Source of the DNA: Mageeibacillus sp. UBA6976
GTDB taxonomy: Bacteria > Bacillota > Clostridia > Saccharofermentanales > Saccharofermentanaceae
Length of the DNA: 64,000 bases
Reading direction: 5' to 3'
Assembly: GCA_002450155.1 (NCBI GenBank)
Contig: DJYO01000032.1
Coordinates: 74 to 64,073 of the forward strand
The notes beneath the pieces are model-generated. The model saw only the letters and a program-made list of their open reading frames with translations, did no database searches and had not been told where the DNA came from. Of this stretch, positions 18,556-28,479 are shown piece after piece. The translations under genes and the position numbers were made by a program. The stretch's first letter is position 1. Each line of letters opens with the position of its first letter.

Positions 18556-18774
18556 TTAGACCAGAACTGTGCAGTCCGGCTCTACCTTCCCTATCTCCTT
18601 AATTGCGGCCTTGAGCACCTTGTCGAAAACGGCATCATCTGCCTCAAGTGTCATCTTCTGTGTCATGAAGTTGATCTGGCATGATGTAACTCCGTCAAGC
18701 TTCTCAACTGCTTCCTGCATCTTTCTTGCGCAATTGGCGCAATCGAGATCTTCGAGTTCAAATGTCTTTTTCAT
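18556..18774 (-). CDS. stand-alone heavy-metal-associated (HMA) domain protein
   Basis: LDCANCA motif; start reassigned to ATG 18774 after GGAGG. Confidence 0.88.
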   Translation of the reverse strand: MKKTFELEDLDCANCARKMQEAVEKLDGVTSCQINFMTQKMTLEADDAVFDKVLKAAIKEIGKVEPDCTVLV

Positions 18775-18806
18775 AAATATATCCTCCAAATATTATATAA
18801 ACCTGT

Positions 18807-19136
18807 TTATTCGGTAATATGCTCGTAGCCCTGGGCGATGATGGACTTAACGTGTTCATCAGACAGATGGTAATAAATAGTCTTACCGTCTCTCCTGCTC
18901 GCAACAAGGTTTGCAGACTTAAGAGTCTTAAGCTGATGAGAAATTGCTGATTGTGTCATCCCAAGGAGCTCTGCAATGGCACAAACGCACATCTCGTCTT
19001 CGTGCAGTGCATACATGATCTTGATCCTGGTGCTGTCACCAAAGATCTTAAACAGATCCCCCAGGTCTTGCAGGATCTCATCAGAAGGCATATCACTTTT
19101 AATATGCTCAAGAAGCTCAGTGTGATTATGAGGCAT
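18807..19136 (-). CDS. ArsR/SmtB family metal-sensing repressor
   Basis: FKIFGDSTRIKI, EMCVCAIAELLGMTQSAISHQL, HVKSII...EH. Confidence 0.93.
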   Translation of the reverse strand: MPHNHTELLEHIKSDMPSDEILQDLGDLFKIFGDSTRIKIMYALHEDEMCVCAIAELLGMTQSAISHQLKTLKSANLVASRRDGKTIYYHLSDEHVKSIIAQGYEHITE

Positions 19137-19159
19137 AACAGATCTCCTTATCGCTTATT

Positions 19160-19184
19160 ATATGAACGGTTGCTCATATGTTCA
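19160..19184 (-). promoter_or_regulatory. ArsR/SmtB-type operator
   Basis: Inverted repeat ATATGAAC-GGTT-GCTCATAT just downstream of a TTGACA (19217-19212) N16 TATTAT (19195-19190) promoter. Confidence 0.75.
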
Positions 19185-19318
19185 CTTAAATAATATCAAA
19201 GATTCTTCTAATGTCAACTATGAATTAACGGCGACCTCTTCTGCTTTCTCAAACGGAGTTAGTAGAGTTCCTGATATACCAGTATCTCGTCAGTATCCTT
19301 GCAATAGATATAAGCAGC

Positions 19319-21631
19319 TTATCTGTATGAACCGTACTTCTTACGTCTCTCGTTCTTCTCTTCGTACAGAAGACCATCAGCAATATCCAATACCTCATAG
19401 ATATCGACCTTGGGGCTGCTGGAGAACTTATAAAGACCGACGCTCATTGCTATCGGATAGGGTTTATTGGCCATCTTGTTATATCTCTGGCTTACCTTCT
19501 CGATACGGTTCTTGATATCCTGGGTATCACAGTCAGATCCGATTATCGCAAGTACAACAAATTCGTCTCCGCCCATTCGGCCGATTATATCGTTGCCGCG
19601 GAAGGATTCTCTTAATACCTTGGCGATGGTCTTAAGTGAGAAGTCACCCTCGTCATGACCGAACTTGTCATTTACCATCTTGAGGTTATCCATATCTGCA
19701 TAGCAGACGACAGCTGTCTTACCGATGTTAAGTGGATCGCTCAATGCTTTCTCTGCATTGAAGAGGAAACCACGTCTGTTAAACAGTCCGGTCAGCTCAT
19801 CCTTCTTGGCGATCTCATCAAGCTTTGTATTATCTCTAATAAAGCGCTCAAGCGAGTTCTGGAGATTCTGCTTAGCCTTATTCTGTTCCTCGATCATGAT
19901 CAGGGACTTAAGGGTCACAGAAAGCTGGAATGCAACTGTGGATACATTAGACAGATTGCTTGCGTCAAGCTCATTGACCAGGAGACCATAGAGATCGGCA
20001 CCGACGAACAGCGGGAATACTACCATGGTCCTTCTGCTCTCACCCTCGATAAACTCATTGGTAAAGAGAAGCTCAGTACGCAGGAGCTGCTGCTCATCAC
20101 TCATGGTCCTTATACCCCTGTCGTCACTTATTGCCTTAAGGAGCATGGAGTTAGGACACTTCCAGTTTGTCTCTCCGGAATTATGGATATTTCCCTGGAA
20201 CAGGTAGAGCAGAGACTTCTTAAATCCAACGGAATAAAGGCCGCCCAGCAAGTGCTCAAAGGGGATATCGCTGTCAGAGGACATGAGGAATATATCTCCT
20301 GTCTGCTGATTGACCATACGGGAGAGACGCTCGCTCTTATTATTGATATCTCTTGTAATAGAGAGTCCGGAGAATGACAGCATCCTGTAGAAATCAGAGA
20401 AAGTATTATTCATCAGGGCCTCATCCTTATTATCTTTAAGGATGCAGGCTGCTTCATACTGCATGGTCTGCAGGACATTAAAGAACTTCTCAGGTGTTGT
20501 ATATGCCAACAGGTCCGTATGGAGTATGTGAGCAAAACTCTTATCCATCTTCTCTGCTACGGACTGCCTGTCTGAAGACTTGATGAACTCAGAGAAGGCA
20601 TGGCAGAAATCTGATATCCTGTCCTTGATCTCAGATATCGGACCATCGTCAACAAAGATTCCGAAGAGATACTTCTTAACATGCTCTATGAATTCGGTCT
20701 TCCCTGTCTCAAGATCAGTAAAATGGAGCCATTTGCTCATATCCTCGACATCGAGACCGTCACAGCCGCAGGAGCTCCTCTGGACAAGATGAGTCTCAAC
20801 TGACATATCTGTAAGATCCTTATGTTCTAAGTAATTGGGCGCGTTCAAAACAGCCTTGTAAGTAAGATCTGCAGAGCTTGCCTCAACTGTGGTAAGGGGC
20901 GGATGCATGGAAACAGAGAAACTGTCGTCATCAAATCCCGTTACAAGGATATCCTTGCCCGGCAGGATACCTCTGTCATAAAGAGCCTTATAGCCGCCGA
21001 TGGCCATAGAATCATTGGCAAATACGATGGCATCCAGCTTTCCGTTCCTGTCAAGGAGCTCATCTACGACATCGGAGCTTCTCTCAGTAAAGTCGCCGTA
21101 TGCTATTCTGGATTCATCAACCTCGATACCGCGGTTTTGTAAACACTCCTTATAGACTTCAAGTCTCTCATTGGCATCACGGTTTGTAATAGGACCTGAT
21201 ACATAGCCGATATTGCGTGCATTATGCTTGTCTATCAGGTGATAGATAGCAGAGCTAAGTCCGGATCTGTTATCGAATGTTACGGAATTATAGCCCTCAA
21301 AATTAGAAAACAAACAGACAATAGGCACCTTAGGAAGAGTCTTAAGAAACGCCTTCTGCTCTTCAAGAGTTGCTCTGGAACATATCGTGCCCTGAAGGAT
21401 GTAGATGATATCCACATTCCTCGTTGTAGGCAGACCGAATATGGAATTGTACTGATATTCATATTCCTTATCAGCATACTTGCTGTCGGGTTTGCCTATA
21501 TAATGTCCCGGGAAGATAAAAAGGTTTGCATCAAGTGCCTTGGCAGCGAGCTCGGCGCCTTTGCAGGCCTGGTATGAGAAGTAGTTATCTATATCATCGA
21601 TCAAGAATCCGATATTAAGACGCTTAGACAT
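19319..21631 (-). CDS. diguanylate cyclase with N-terminal LacI-type sugar-binding domain
   Basis: Periplasmic-binding-protein-like N-half (IGYVSGP, DAIVFAND, LVTGFDD, LTTV); RGND-IIGRM-GGDEF; start reassigned to ATG 21631 after AGGAGG. Confidence 0.9.
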   Translation of the reverse strand: MSKRLNIGFLIDDIDNYFSYQACKGAELAAKALDANLFIFPGHYIGKPDSKYADKEYEYQYNSIFGLPTTRNVDIIYILQGTICSRATLEEQKAFLKTLPKVPIVCLFSNFEGYNSVTFDNRSGLSSAIYHLIDKHNARNIGYVSGPITNRDANERLEVYKECLQNRGIEVDESRIAYGDFTERSSDVVDELLDRNGKLDAIVFANDSMAIGGYKALYDRGILPGKDILVTGFDDDSFSVSMHPPLTTVEASSADLTYKAVLNAPNYLEHKDLTDMSVETHLVQRSSCGCDGLDVEDMSKWLHFTDLETGKTEFIEHVKKYLFGIFVDDGPISEIKDRISDFCHAFSEFIKSSDRQSVAEKMDKSFAHILHTDLLAYTTPEKFFNVLQTMQYEAACILKDNKDEALMNNTFSDFYRMLSFSGLSITRDINNKSERLSRMVNQQTGDIFLMSSDSDIPFEHLLGGLYSVGFKKSLLYLFQGNIHNSGETNWKCPNSMLLKAISDDRGIRTMSDEQQLLRTELLFTNEFIEGESRRTMVVFPLFVGADLYGLLVNELDASNLSNVSTVAFQLSVTLKSLIMIEEQNKAKQNLQNSLERFIRDNTKLDEIAKKDELTGLFNRRGFLFNAEKALSDPLNIGKTAVVCYADMDNLKMVNDKFGHDEGDFSLKTIAKVLRESFRGNDIIGRMGGDEFVVLAIIGSDCDTQDIKNRIEKVSQRYNKMANKPYPIAMSVGLYKFSSSPKVDIYEVLDIADGLLYEEKNERRKKYGSYR

Positions 21632-21728
21632 ACAAACAATCCTCCTATGATAAATACATCTTATCATAAGAGGACTGGTAAAGAATTAACAAACCAAAAA
21701 CAAATTTAAGAATTACAAAGGCTATCCT

Positions 21729-22364
21729 TCACCACGAAGGAGTCTTGAAGACCATAAACTTATAGCAGTCATCCGCGCTCGTCTCGAAGGCCTTAAATAC
21801 CAGCCTAACGGTATCATAGACAGACTTCCAGCGGATAATATCCACTGTATCAAGATCAGATGTAAAGAGCTCATTAATAAGAAGATCATACATCTTCTCA
21901 AAATTTACTCCATAGGAATCAAAGTTATTTACGGCCTTGATAAATGCACCCTTATTATTGCTGTCATAGACTCTTAAGACATTGATGAGATGAGAAAAGG
22001 ATCTGACAGCGCCAACGATGCAGTTTACAGATGCCTTGTACCCTTCTGTTGCCTCAGTGATATTGTATCTTGCAAGGCACTTGGCAAGCTCATTAAGCAT
22101 ATCTATGGTCTCTTCAAGATGAGACAGCATACGGTAGATATTCGCACGCTTCTCAGAAGGAGCGATCTCAATACCGCTGAACTTATATCCAAACTCATGG
22201 AAAATGGAATCACCCTCACTCTCAAGGGCACCGATCTTTAAGACAATCTCGTCCCTCCTGTCCATCTCATCGATCATCTCAAGCAGAAGATCGCACTGAC
22301 GGTATAAGACATCAGCCAGATTTAAGGCATTATCAAATATAAAATCTCTTTCTTCTGCTGTCAT
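21729..22364 (-). CDS. DUF47 / PhoU-like helical protein
   Basis: LESEGDSIFH, DIIRWKSVYD...FE..ADDC pattern typical of DUF47. Confidence 0.7.
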   Translation of the reverse strand: MTAEERDFIFDNALNLADVLYRQCDLLLEMIDEMDRRDEIVLKIGALESEGDSIFHEFGYKFSGIEIAPSEKRANIYRMLSHLEETIDMLNELAKCLARYNITEATEGYKASVNCIVGAVRSFSHLINVLRVYDSNNKGAFIKAVNNFDSYGVNFEKMYDLLINELFTSDLDTVDIIRWKSVYDTVRLVFKAFETSADDCYKFMVFKTPSW

Positions 22365-22423
22365 CGCAATTATCCTCCCTGAAACTGGGATAATTATACA
22401 TTATCAGCAAATATAAAGGCAAT

Positions 22424-22452
22424 AAAAAATGAGCCGCCGAAGGCAGCTCATT
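22424..22452 (-). terminator. intrinsic terminator after sepF
   Basis: Minus strand TGAGCTGCC-TTC-GGCGGCTCA followed by TTTTTT. Confidence 0.85.
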
Positions 22453-22474
22453 AATTACTTAGTTTTATCTGATA

Positions 22475-22939
22475 TCAGAGTGCGGAAACTTTAGTTCCAA
22501 CAGCTGTCTCATCAGCAGACTCAACAACGAGATCGACAGACTTAGGTGTGCAGACGAAAGTTGTCTTTACAGGTGTAGGCTCAACTCTGCCGCCGAGTGC
22601 ATAAACACCACCGGAGATGTAGTCAACTACGCGCTGATTCTTCTCTGTGTTTGTGAGATTGCAGATTACGATGTGACCTTCACGGATGTGATCGCAAACA
22701 ACCTGGCTTGTTCTGATGTCATAGGGAGTGAGCATGATGACTGTAGGATTCTTAACTGCTACAGGTGTTGTTACTGCAGGTGCAGGCTCCTGAACAAAAG
22801 TATCCTCGGGCTGATAATCTTCGTAGTATGTCTCGCCCTCATCATAGATCTCTTCATTCTCATCAAAGTATTCATTCTCGTCTTCTACAGGCTGCTCGAT
22901 TAAGCTGTTCCAGAATGACTTGATGCTAAAATTTCCCAT
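22475..22939 (-). CDS. sepF: cell division protein SepF
   Basis: VVCDHIREGHIVICNL, RVVDYISGGVYALGG; downstream of yggS. Confidence 0.88.
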   Translation of the reverse strand: MGNFSIKSFWNSLIEQPVEDENEYFDENEEIYDEGETYYEDYQPEDTFVQEPAPAVTTPVAVKNPTVIMLTPYDIRTSQVVCDHIREGHIVICNLTNTEKNQRVVDYISGGVYALGGRVEPTPVKTTFVCTPKSVDLVVESADETAVGTKVSAL

Positions 22940-23113
22940 TGTTATTTCCTCCTTAAATTTCGCCCGACCAAGGACATTTGTTTAACATAAACAGATAATA
23001 ACTCAAAGGGTTTTTATCGCAATAAAATTGGTCAAAGTGACACAAGACAGTAACTTAAGAAGGGTTTTTATGACAAAATGTAACAAAATTTGACAAATAA
23101 CTGCAAAAAAGTG

Positions 23114-23851
23114 TTATGTGCCGAGATATTTAGCCCTGTCTCCGAATATGGCAGTGCCTATCCTTACATGGGTCGCGCCTTCCAGGATAGCAGATCTGTA
23201 ATCCTGGCTCATGCCCATAGACAGTACGTTCCAGGCCTGTCTCTCCTTACAGTAGGAAGATAGATCTTCAAATATCTCACGGGTCCTTGCAAAGACTTCT
23301 CTGGCCTCTCCCTCATATGTCTGGATAGGAGCCATTGTCATAAGACCTCTTATCCTTACATTAGGAAGATCTCCTATCTTATCCAGGGCAGGCTTTAGTT
23401 CGTGGGGAGCAAAGCCATGTTTGCTCTCCTCTCCAGACACATTGGCCTGAAGTAGGATATCCGTTGTAACATTATTGTTCAAAGAGCGCTTTGAGATCTC
23501 TTCTGCAAGTTCCAGAGTGTTGACTGAATGGATGAGAGAGGTCTTGCCTATAATGTATTTAACCTTATTCTTCTGGAGAGTTCCGATAAGGTGCCAGTTG
23601 CATTTAAGATCCAGAGCACTGAAGCGCTCAACTTTTGGAAGAAGTTCCTGTACCCTGTTCTCACCCAGGTCTTCAAGACCGCAGGCTACAGCTGCCTCTG
23701 CATATTCCACGGGGAAGACTTTGGACACCCCGATAAGGGTAACAGAGCCCGGCTCTCTTCCGGCCAGCTTAAGGCAATCACTGATAGACTCCCTGCACAT
23801 GGCTATATTGATCTTAAGTTTCTCGTATAAGGCCTCGTCGTAATCAGGCAT
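23114..23851 (-). CDS. yggS: PLP homeostasis protein YggS
   Basis: LIGVSK, LGENRVQE, WHLIGTLQKNK, SGEESKHG, LSMGMSQDY, ATHVRIGT. Confidence 0.95.
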   Translation of the reverse strand: MPDYDEALYEKLKINIAMCRESISDCLKLAGREPGSVTLIGVSKVFPVEYAEAAVACGLEDLGENRVQELLPKVERFSALDLKCNWHLIGTLQKNKVKYIIGKTSLIHSVNTLELAEEISKRSLNNNVTTDILLQANVSGEESKHGFAPHELKPALDKIGDLPNVRIRGLMTMAPIQTYEGEAREVFARTREIFEDLSSYCKERQAWNVLSMGMSQDYRSAILEGATHVRIGTAIFGDRAKYLGT

Positions 23852-23852
23852 A

Positions 23853-25877
23853 TCAGTCCACCTTCTCTCCAGGACCTACAGTCTCAGGATTAGTAATGAT
23901 AACAGTATCAAGATCCGGTACATTGGATCTGCCGATCGGACAAACTATGGCAAACTCTCTGTCGTGATCCAGGATAATAACCCTTGTTGCATCAACAAAC
24001 CCCTGGTTATTGACATAGAGAGTACCGATGCCGTCATATTCCGTACATGTGATCTTTGTGCAGGAATTGCCGAGACCGGTCGCCGTATCTATAAATGTGG
24101 CAGTATAGCCGTCAGGATAGAGCCTTGCGAGCTTGAGCATATTGGAATAATCGTTCATAGTCTGGAATGAGACTAACATGGTGCCGTCTTCGAAGGATTC
24201 GCAGTGAGCGACAGTTGCAGCGCCGACGGTGGTATTCTCCTTTTCGACAGGCAGACCTTCGTCATCATAGACGGGATCCGGAACGATATTGATATTGAAG
24301 ATAGCTCCTTCGCCGAATGCCTCGGGAGAGATACCTGCATCAGCCGGGAAGAATACTGAGAATGCAGGAGAATCGTCCTTAACATATTCAGAATCAACGA
24401 GGCTGGACGAAGATACTCTCATGCCGTTTGTCTCAGAGATAACGATCTCGATATCGACAGTACGAAGGTCTAAAAGATCCTCTACACACCTTGATGTTTC
24501 GAATGTAATGAGCATGCCCTGGCCGTCGCTTTCAAATCTGACGACTTCGCAGTTATCAATGGAGATACCCTCGGATCTTACATTGATATCGTGATGAGTG
24601 CCGACGGCAAAGTCAGTAATGGCAGCATCTCCGGAAGACAAATAAACGGTAATGTACTGGCTCTCGTTCTGTGCAAGCCTTACAACGGGCGATCCGGCCT
24701 CGATCTCAAGATCTGAAGGGATGGCACCTACCGAATTAGAGATGGCATTCTTGACATCAACTATGTTCATGCTGAGGAATGTATCGTAATCGAGGATCTC
24801 CTCCTGACCATCAAGCCTGAATGATGCAATACCGGGACGGTCTGCAAATACTCTGTTGGCATCACGCTCTAACTGTGCCTGATAGATGCTCTCATCGTCA
24901 CGGAGAGCTGACAGCCTCTCATCGTTAAAATCTATGTTGGATAATTCTGACTCTCTCTCATCAAGGATAACGTTGATGGAAGATGAATAAGAGGACAGAT
25001 CCGACATATTGCCCGTCATGGAATCAAGTCTTATGGAATCTATAACAGAGGACAGATTCTTGTCGAAATTGTTATAGATAACGTCTGCCTCGGTAACGCC
25101 GCCTGCAGTAATGAGCTCCTGCTGGACATCAGAGATCTGGGACTGGACATTTCTCAGATCGGATACGACTGACTGCATATCGTCAGGTACTACCATGGCA
25201 AGCTCCTGAGCCTTGGCTACGCGGGAACCCTCTGTGATCCTGGTAACAAGAGAGCCGCCGTTATCAGAGGATATGACGACCTCATCTCTTACTATGAGAG
25301 CCCTTGCACCTATCGTATGCTCCACAGAACCAGTCGTAACAAAGGAGAACTTAGGCTTCTCTGCAAAATGGTCATATAAGTGATGTACGACAAACATAAG
25401 AACGAACAGAGCGGCGATAACTGCCACTGCTCCCAGGATACCGTTGCGGATAGCCCTTCCTTCAGCACTCTTATGGGCGGCACTCTTGGAAGAAAGCCTC
25501 TTCTTATCCATCTTAGCCTGCTCGGCAAGGACCTTGCGCTCGTTCTCTTTTGCAAGTTTCCTGGCTTCTTCGGCCTTCTTCTGCTCCCTTGCCATGATCT
25601 TCTGCTGTTCTGAAACAACAGCCTGGTAATTGGATGACTTCTGTGGCTTCTTTCCCTTAACCGGCCTTGGCTGCTTCTTGTTTAGAGGCTGGGTCTGAGC
25701 CTTGGGCTTGTTTCTTCCTGAAGGCATCTTCTTTAAAGCAGGATCAGCTTCAGCCTTAGAGCTATGAGATGCAGGCTTTATCTGCTTGCCCTTTGGCTGC
25801 AAAGACTTGTCACCAGTCTTCCTCTTCTTAGGTCTTTTGTTGTTATTTGCGTTATACCACTGATCGTTATTAGACAT
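23853..25877 (-). CDS. HlyD-like periplasmic adaptor domain protein with Lys-rich N-terminus
   Basis: Basic low-complexity N-terminus, one TM helix, lipoyl-like halves (EGSRVAKAQELA; ADRPGIASFRLDG) around a coiled coil; usual clostridial position upstream of yggS. Confidence 0.7.
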   Translation of the reverse strand: MSNNDQWYNANNNKRPKKRKTGDKSLQPKGKQIKPASHSSKAEADPALKKMPSGRNKPKAQTQPLNKKQPRPVKGKKPQKSSNYQAVVSEQQKIMAREQKKAEEARKLAKENERKVLAEQAKMDKKRLSSKSAAHKSAEGRAIRNGILGAVAVIAALFVLMFVVHHLYDHFAEKPKFSFVTTGSVEHTIGARALIVRDEVVISSDNGGSLVTRITEGSRVAKAQELAMVVPDDMQSVVSDLRNVQSQISDVQQELITAGGVTEADVIYNNFDKNLSSVIDSIRLDSMTGNMSDLSSYSSSINVILDERESELSNIDFNDERLSALRDDESIYQAQLERDANRVFADRPGIASFRLDGQEEILDYDTFLSMNIVDVKNAISNSVGAIPSDLEIEAGSPVVRLAQNESQYITVYLSSGDAAITDFAVGTHHDINVRSEGISIDNCEVVRFESDGQGMLITFETSRCVEDLLDLRTVDIEIVISETNGMRVSSSSLVDSEYVKDDSPAFSVFFPADAGISPEAFGEGAIFNINIVPDPVYDDEGLPVEKENTTVGAATVAHCESFEDGTMLVSFQTMNDYSNMLKLARLYPDGYTATFIDTATGLGNSCTKITCTEYDGIGTLYVNNQGFVDATRVIILDHDREFAIVCPIGRSNVPDLDTVIITNPETVGPGEKVD

Positions 25878-25888
25878 AATCCCCACCT

Positions 25889-27157
25889 CTAGCTTAAAGC
25901 TAACATACAGGCAAGCTTAACCTGTTCCTTGACCAAGCCGCCCTGCATATATGCAATATAAGGAGGCCTCATCGGTCCGTCGCAGGAAAGCTCTGTGGTT
26001 GCTCCCTGAACGAAAGCGCCTGCGGCCATAATGACCTTATCATTATATCCCGGCATATCCCAGGGCTCCGGTGTAACAAAAGAATCCACCGGTGCGCAGG
26101 ACTGTATCTTGCCGGTAAAGCTTACCATCTTATCTTCCCTATCGAAGATCAGGGTCTGAACGATGTCTCCCCTAACCTCCTCAGCCGAAGGGCTTGTCTT
26201 TATCCCCTTAAGCTCAAACAGCTTGGCTGCAAAGACCGCCCCCTTAAGGCATTCTCCCACGCACTGGGGCGCAGTAAAAAGGCCTCTTGCTATCATGCTG
26301 TTAAACCCTAATGTAGGTCCGACCTCCGAACCGAGTCCCGGAGTAGTAAGATGCCTAGCGCACTCCTCAACAAGATCCTTGCGCCCCGCTATATAGCCGC
26401 CGGTCTTGCATATACCGCCGCCGGGATTCTTGATAAGGGACCCGGCAATGATATCTGCGCCGCATTCTGTAGGCTCCTTCTTCTCCGTAAACTCACCATA
26501 GCAGTTATCTACGGCAACTATAATCGAAGGATCGATACCGTGAACGAGCTCTGCTATAAGCTCTATATCGCGTGACAAAAGGGCTCTCCTGCCGGTATAG
26601 CCTCTGGATTTCTGAATGAATACCATGCGTGTCCTGGGATTAATCGCGCTCTTTATCCCTTCGATATCAGCCTCGCCGTCCGCCTTAAGATCCACCTGCC
26701 TGTAGGTTATCCCGTAGGAAGCAAGAGACAGGTGTACAGGATCATCTATTCCTATGGTGGATGCCAGCGTATCATAGGGCTTGCCTGTTACTGAGAGCAT
26801 CTCATCACCCGGCCTTAAGCAGCCGTAGAGCATTGCTGATATCGCCTGGGTGCCGGAACTGATCTGCAATCTTACATAAGCACTCTCTGCGCCAAAGACT
26901 CTGGCAAAGATCTTCTCGATCTTATCCCTGCCTATGTCATCGTAGCCGTAACCTGTAGTAAGGCCCATATGCACATCGGAGAAATGCTCCTGTCTGAAGG
27001 CATCTAAAACCTTGAGCTGATTGTATGTGACTATATCATCTATCCTGTCATATACGGAGGCCACCTGGGTCTCAGCTTCATATGCCAGATCTATAACACT
27101 ATCTGATACGCCGTAACGCGCGTAGCTTGCGAGAGCATCTCTGCCGGACAGTTCCAA
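25889..27157 (-). CDS. methionine gamma-lyase family PLP enzyme (YnbB / aluminium-resistance family)
   Basis: GYGYDDIGRD, VDNCYGEF, GSLIKNPGGG, YIAYMQGG. Confidence 0.9.
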   Translation of the reverse strand: MELSGRDALASYARYGVSDSVIDLAYEAETQVASVYDRIDDIVTYNQLKVLDAFRQEHFSDVHMGLTTGYGYDDIGRDKIEKIFARVFGAESAYVRLQISSGTQAISAMLYGCLRPGDEMLSVTGKPYDTLASTIGIDDPVHLSLASYGITYRQVDLKADGEADIEGIKSAINPRTRMVFIQKSRGYTGRRALLSRDIELIAELVHGIDPSIIVAVDNCYGEFTEKKEPTECGADIIAGSLIKNPGGGICKTGGYIAGRKDLVEECARHLTTPGLGSEVGPTLGFNSMIARGLFTAPQCVGECLKGAVFAAKLFELKGIKTSPSAEEVRGDIVQTLIFDREDKMVSFTGKIQSCAPVDSFVTPEPWDMPGYNDKVIMAAGAFVQGATTELSCDGPMRPPYIAYMQGGLVKEQVKLACMLALS

Positions 27158-27214
27158 TTTATAATACTTCCCTTAAATATTATTTTTATTACCAGGTAAT
27201 TATATCACAAGGAA

Positions 27215-28201
27215 CTATTTGTAAAATGCCAGCTTGAGACCATCTTTAACAAGAGTGAACCTGCACTCTCTGCCACTGAAGTCCTCTCCGTCATAATTAC
27301 CCCTGAGCTCCTTGTCTCCTGTGGCAGTGACAGTAACCTCTGTCGTGGTAAATATATCGAAGTCCTTCATGCCGTAATGCTTGCCGTTCTTATATTTAAC
27401 GATAAGATATATCGCCTTCAGCAGATTCACGTCATTTACGGCGCAGACGTTCATCAATCCGTCAGATACGTTTGCGTCAGGAGCAGGATTAAAACCACTC
27501 CCATAGAAGCCTCCGTTGCAAATGCTTATCAGGGTATATCTCGGACTTGAAGATTCAAAAGCCTTACCATCGCCTCTTATGGCCTTATACTTGAATTCAG
27601 TGCTCCTGTTTCCGAACAGGGCAGAAAGAGCGGATGTAATATAAGCTGTCTTCCTCACCCAGTTTGAATCGGGCTTTCTCAGGACTTTATTCTTGGCAGC
27701 AAACTGCACTTCGGTATCCAGGCCAATGGATGCAACATTATTGCACCAGGCTGAGCTCTCCTTGATAAGGTTTCCGTTACCATCGAAGGATTCAACCTTG
27801 ATAAGATCTATGCCCCTGATCTCGTAGTCGTTGTTGATTATCTCACTGACGCAATACTCGGCACTCTTACGGTGGTGCTCATCCATTATGCTCCTGGCAA
27901 AATCATTGCCGGTGCCCATAGGGATAACTGCCATAGGCACCCCGGTCCCGGCAAGACAGTTAGCTACCTCGTGAATCGTACCGTCGCCGCCACAGGCAAT
28001 AACCAGGGTATCGCATATGCCGTCCTCAATCTTCGCTTTGGAAACAGTATCCCTTGCTATATCAGACGCATGTCCTGCATACTCGGTATAGACAAACTCA
28101 CAATCAGAAAGATGTGAAGGATCGAAAGCACCTATGGCATTCTTAAACATTGCCATAGTCCTGGAATTTGATCTTATGTTGATTATGAATACTTTTCTCA
28201 T
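27215..28201 (-). CDS. diacylglycerol kinase family lipid kinase
   Basis: CGGDGTIHEV, IPMGTGNDFAR, SIGLD, NGGFYGSG, DGE. Confidence 0.9.
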   Translation of the reverse strand: MRKVFIINIRSNSRTMAMFKNAIGAFDPSHLSDCEFVYTEYAGHASDIARDTVSKAKIEDGICDTLVIACGGDGTIHEVANCLAGTGVPMAVIPMGTGNDFARSIMDEHHRKSAEYCVSEIINNDYEIRGIDLIKVESFDGNGNLIKESSAWCNNVASIGLDTEVQFAAKNKVLRKPDSNWVRKTAYITSALSALFGNRSTEFKYKAIRGDGKAFESSSPRYTLISICNGGFYGSGFNPAPDANVSDGLMNVCAVNDVNLLKAIYLIVKYKNGKHYGMKDFDIFTTTEVTVTATGDKELRGNYDGEDFSGRECRFTLVKDGLKLAFYK

Positions 28202-28479
28202 GTTAGCCTAACGATCAGGTCTACTATGTCATCGATGCTTGACACATTATCAAGATCCTCATCGGAGATCCTGATATCATATGCTTCCTCAAGATCAATG
28301 ACCATCTCGTACAGCTGGAGTGAATCAAAAGGCAAGTCGGTGCTCAGGTTGAGGTCAGATGTTATCTCCATGGGAGAAAGCTCCATGTTCTCTGATATGA
28401 TCTTGATCACATCGTCAAAGACTTTCTCTCTGCGTTTGTCCTCACCTGTCTGGGTACCTCGGCTGTCTGCGTCATCCAT
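28198..28479 (-). CDS. acyl carrier protein
   Basis: FDSL phosphopantetheine Ser motif, LEEAYDIRISDEDL. Confidence 0.88.
   Translation of the reverse strand: MDDADSRGTQTGEDKRREKVFDDVIKIISENMELSPMEITSDLNLSTDLPFDSLQLYEMVIDLEEAYDIRISDEDLDNVSSIDDIVDLIVRLT

Noticed and set aside
16654-19136. arsR-HMA-cadA as a novel split ATPase or mobile resistance cassette
   Set aside because: Common arrangement in gut clostridia; backbone-like composition and no flanking repeats or transposase.
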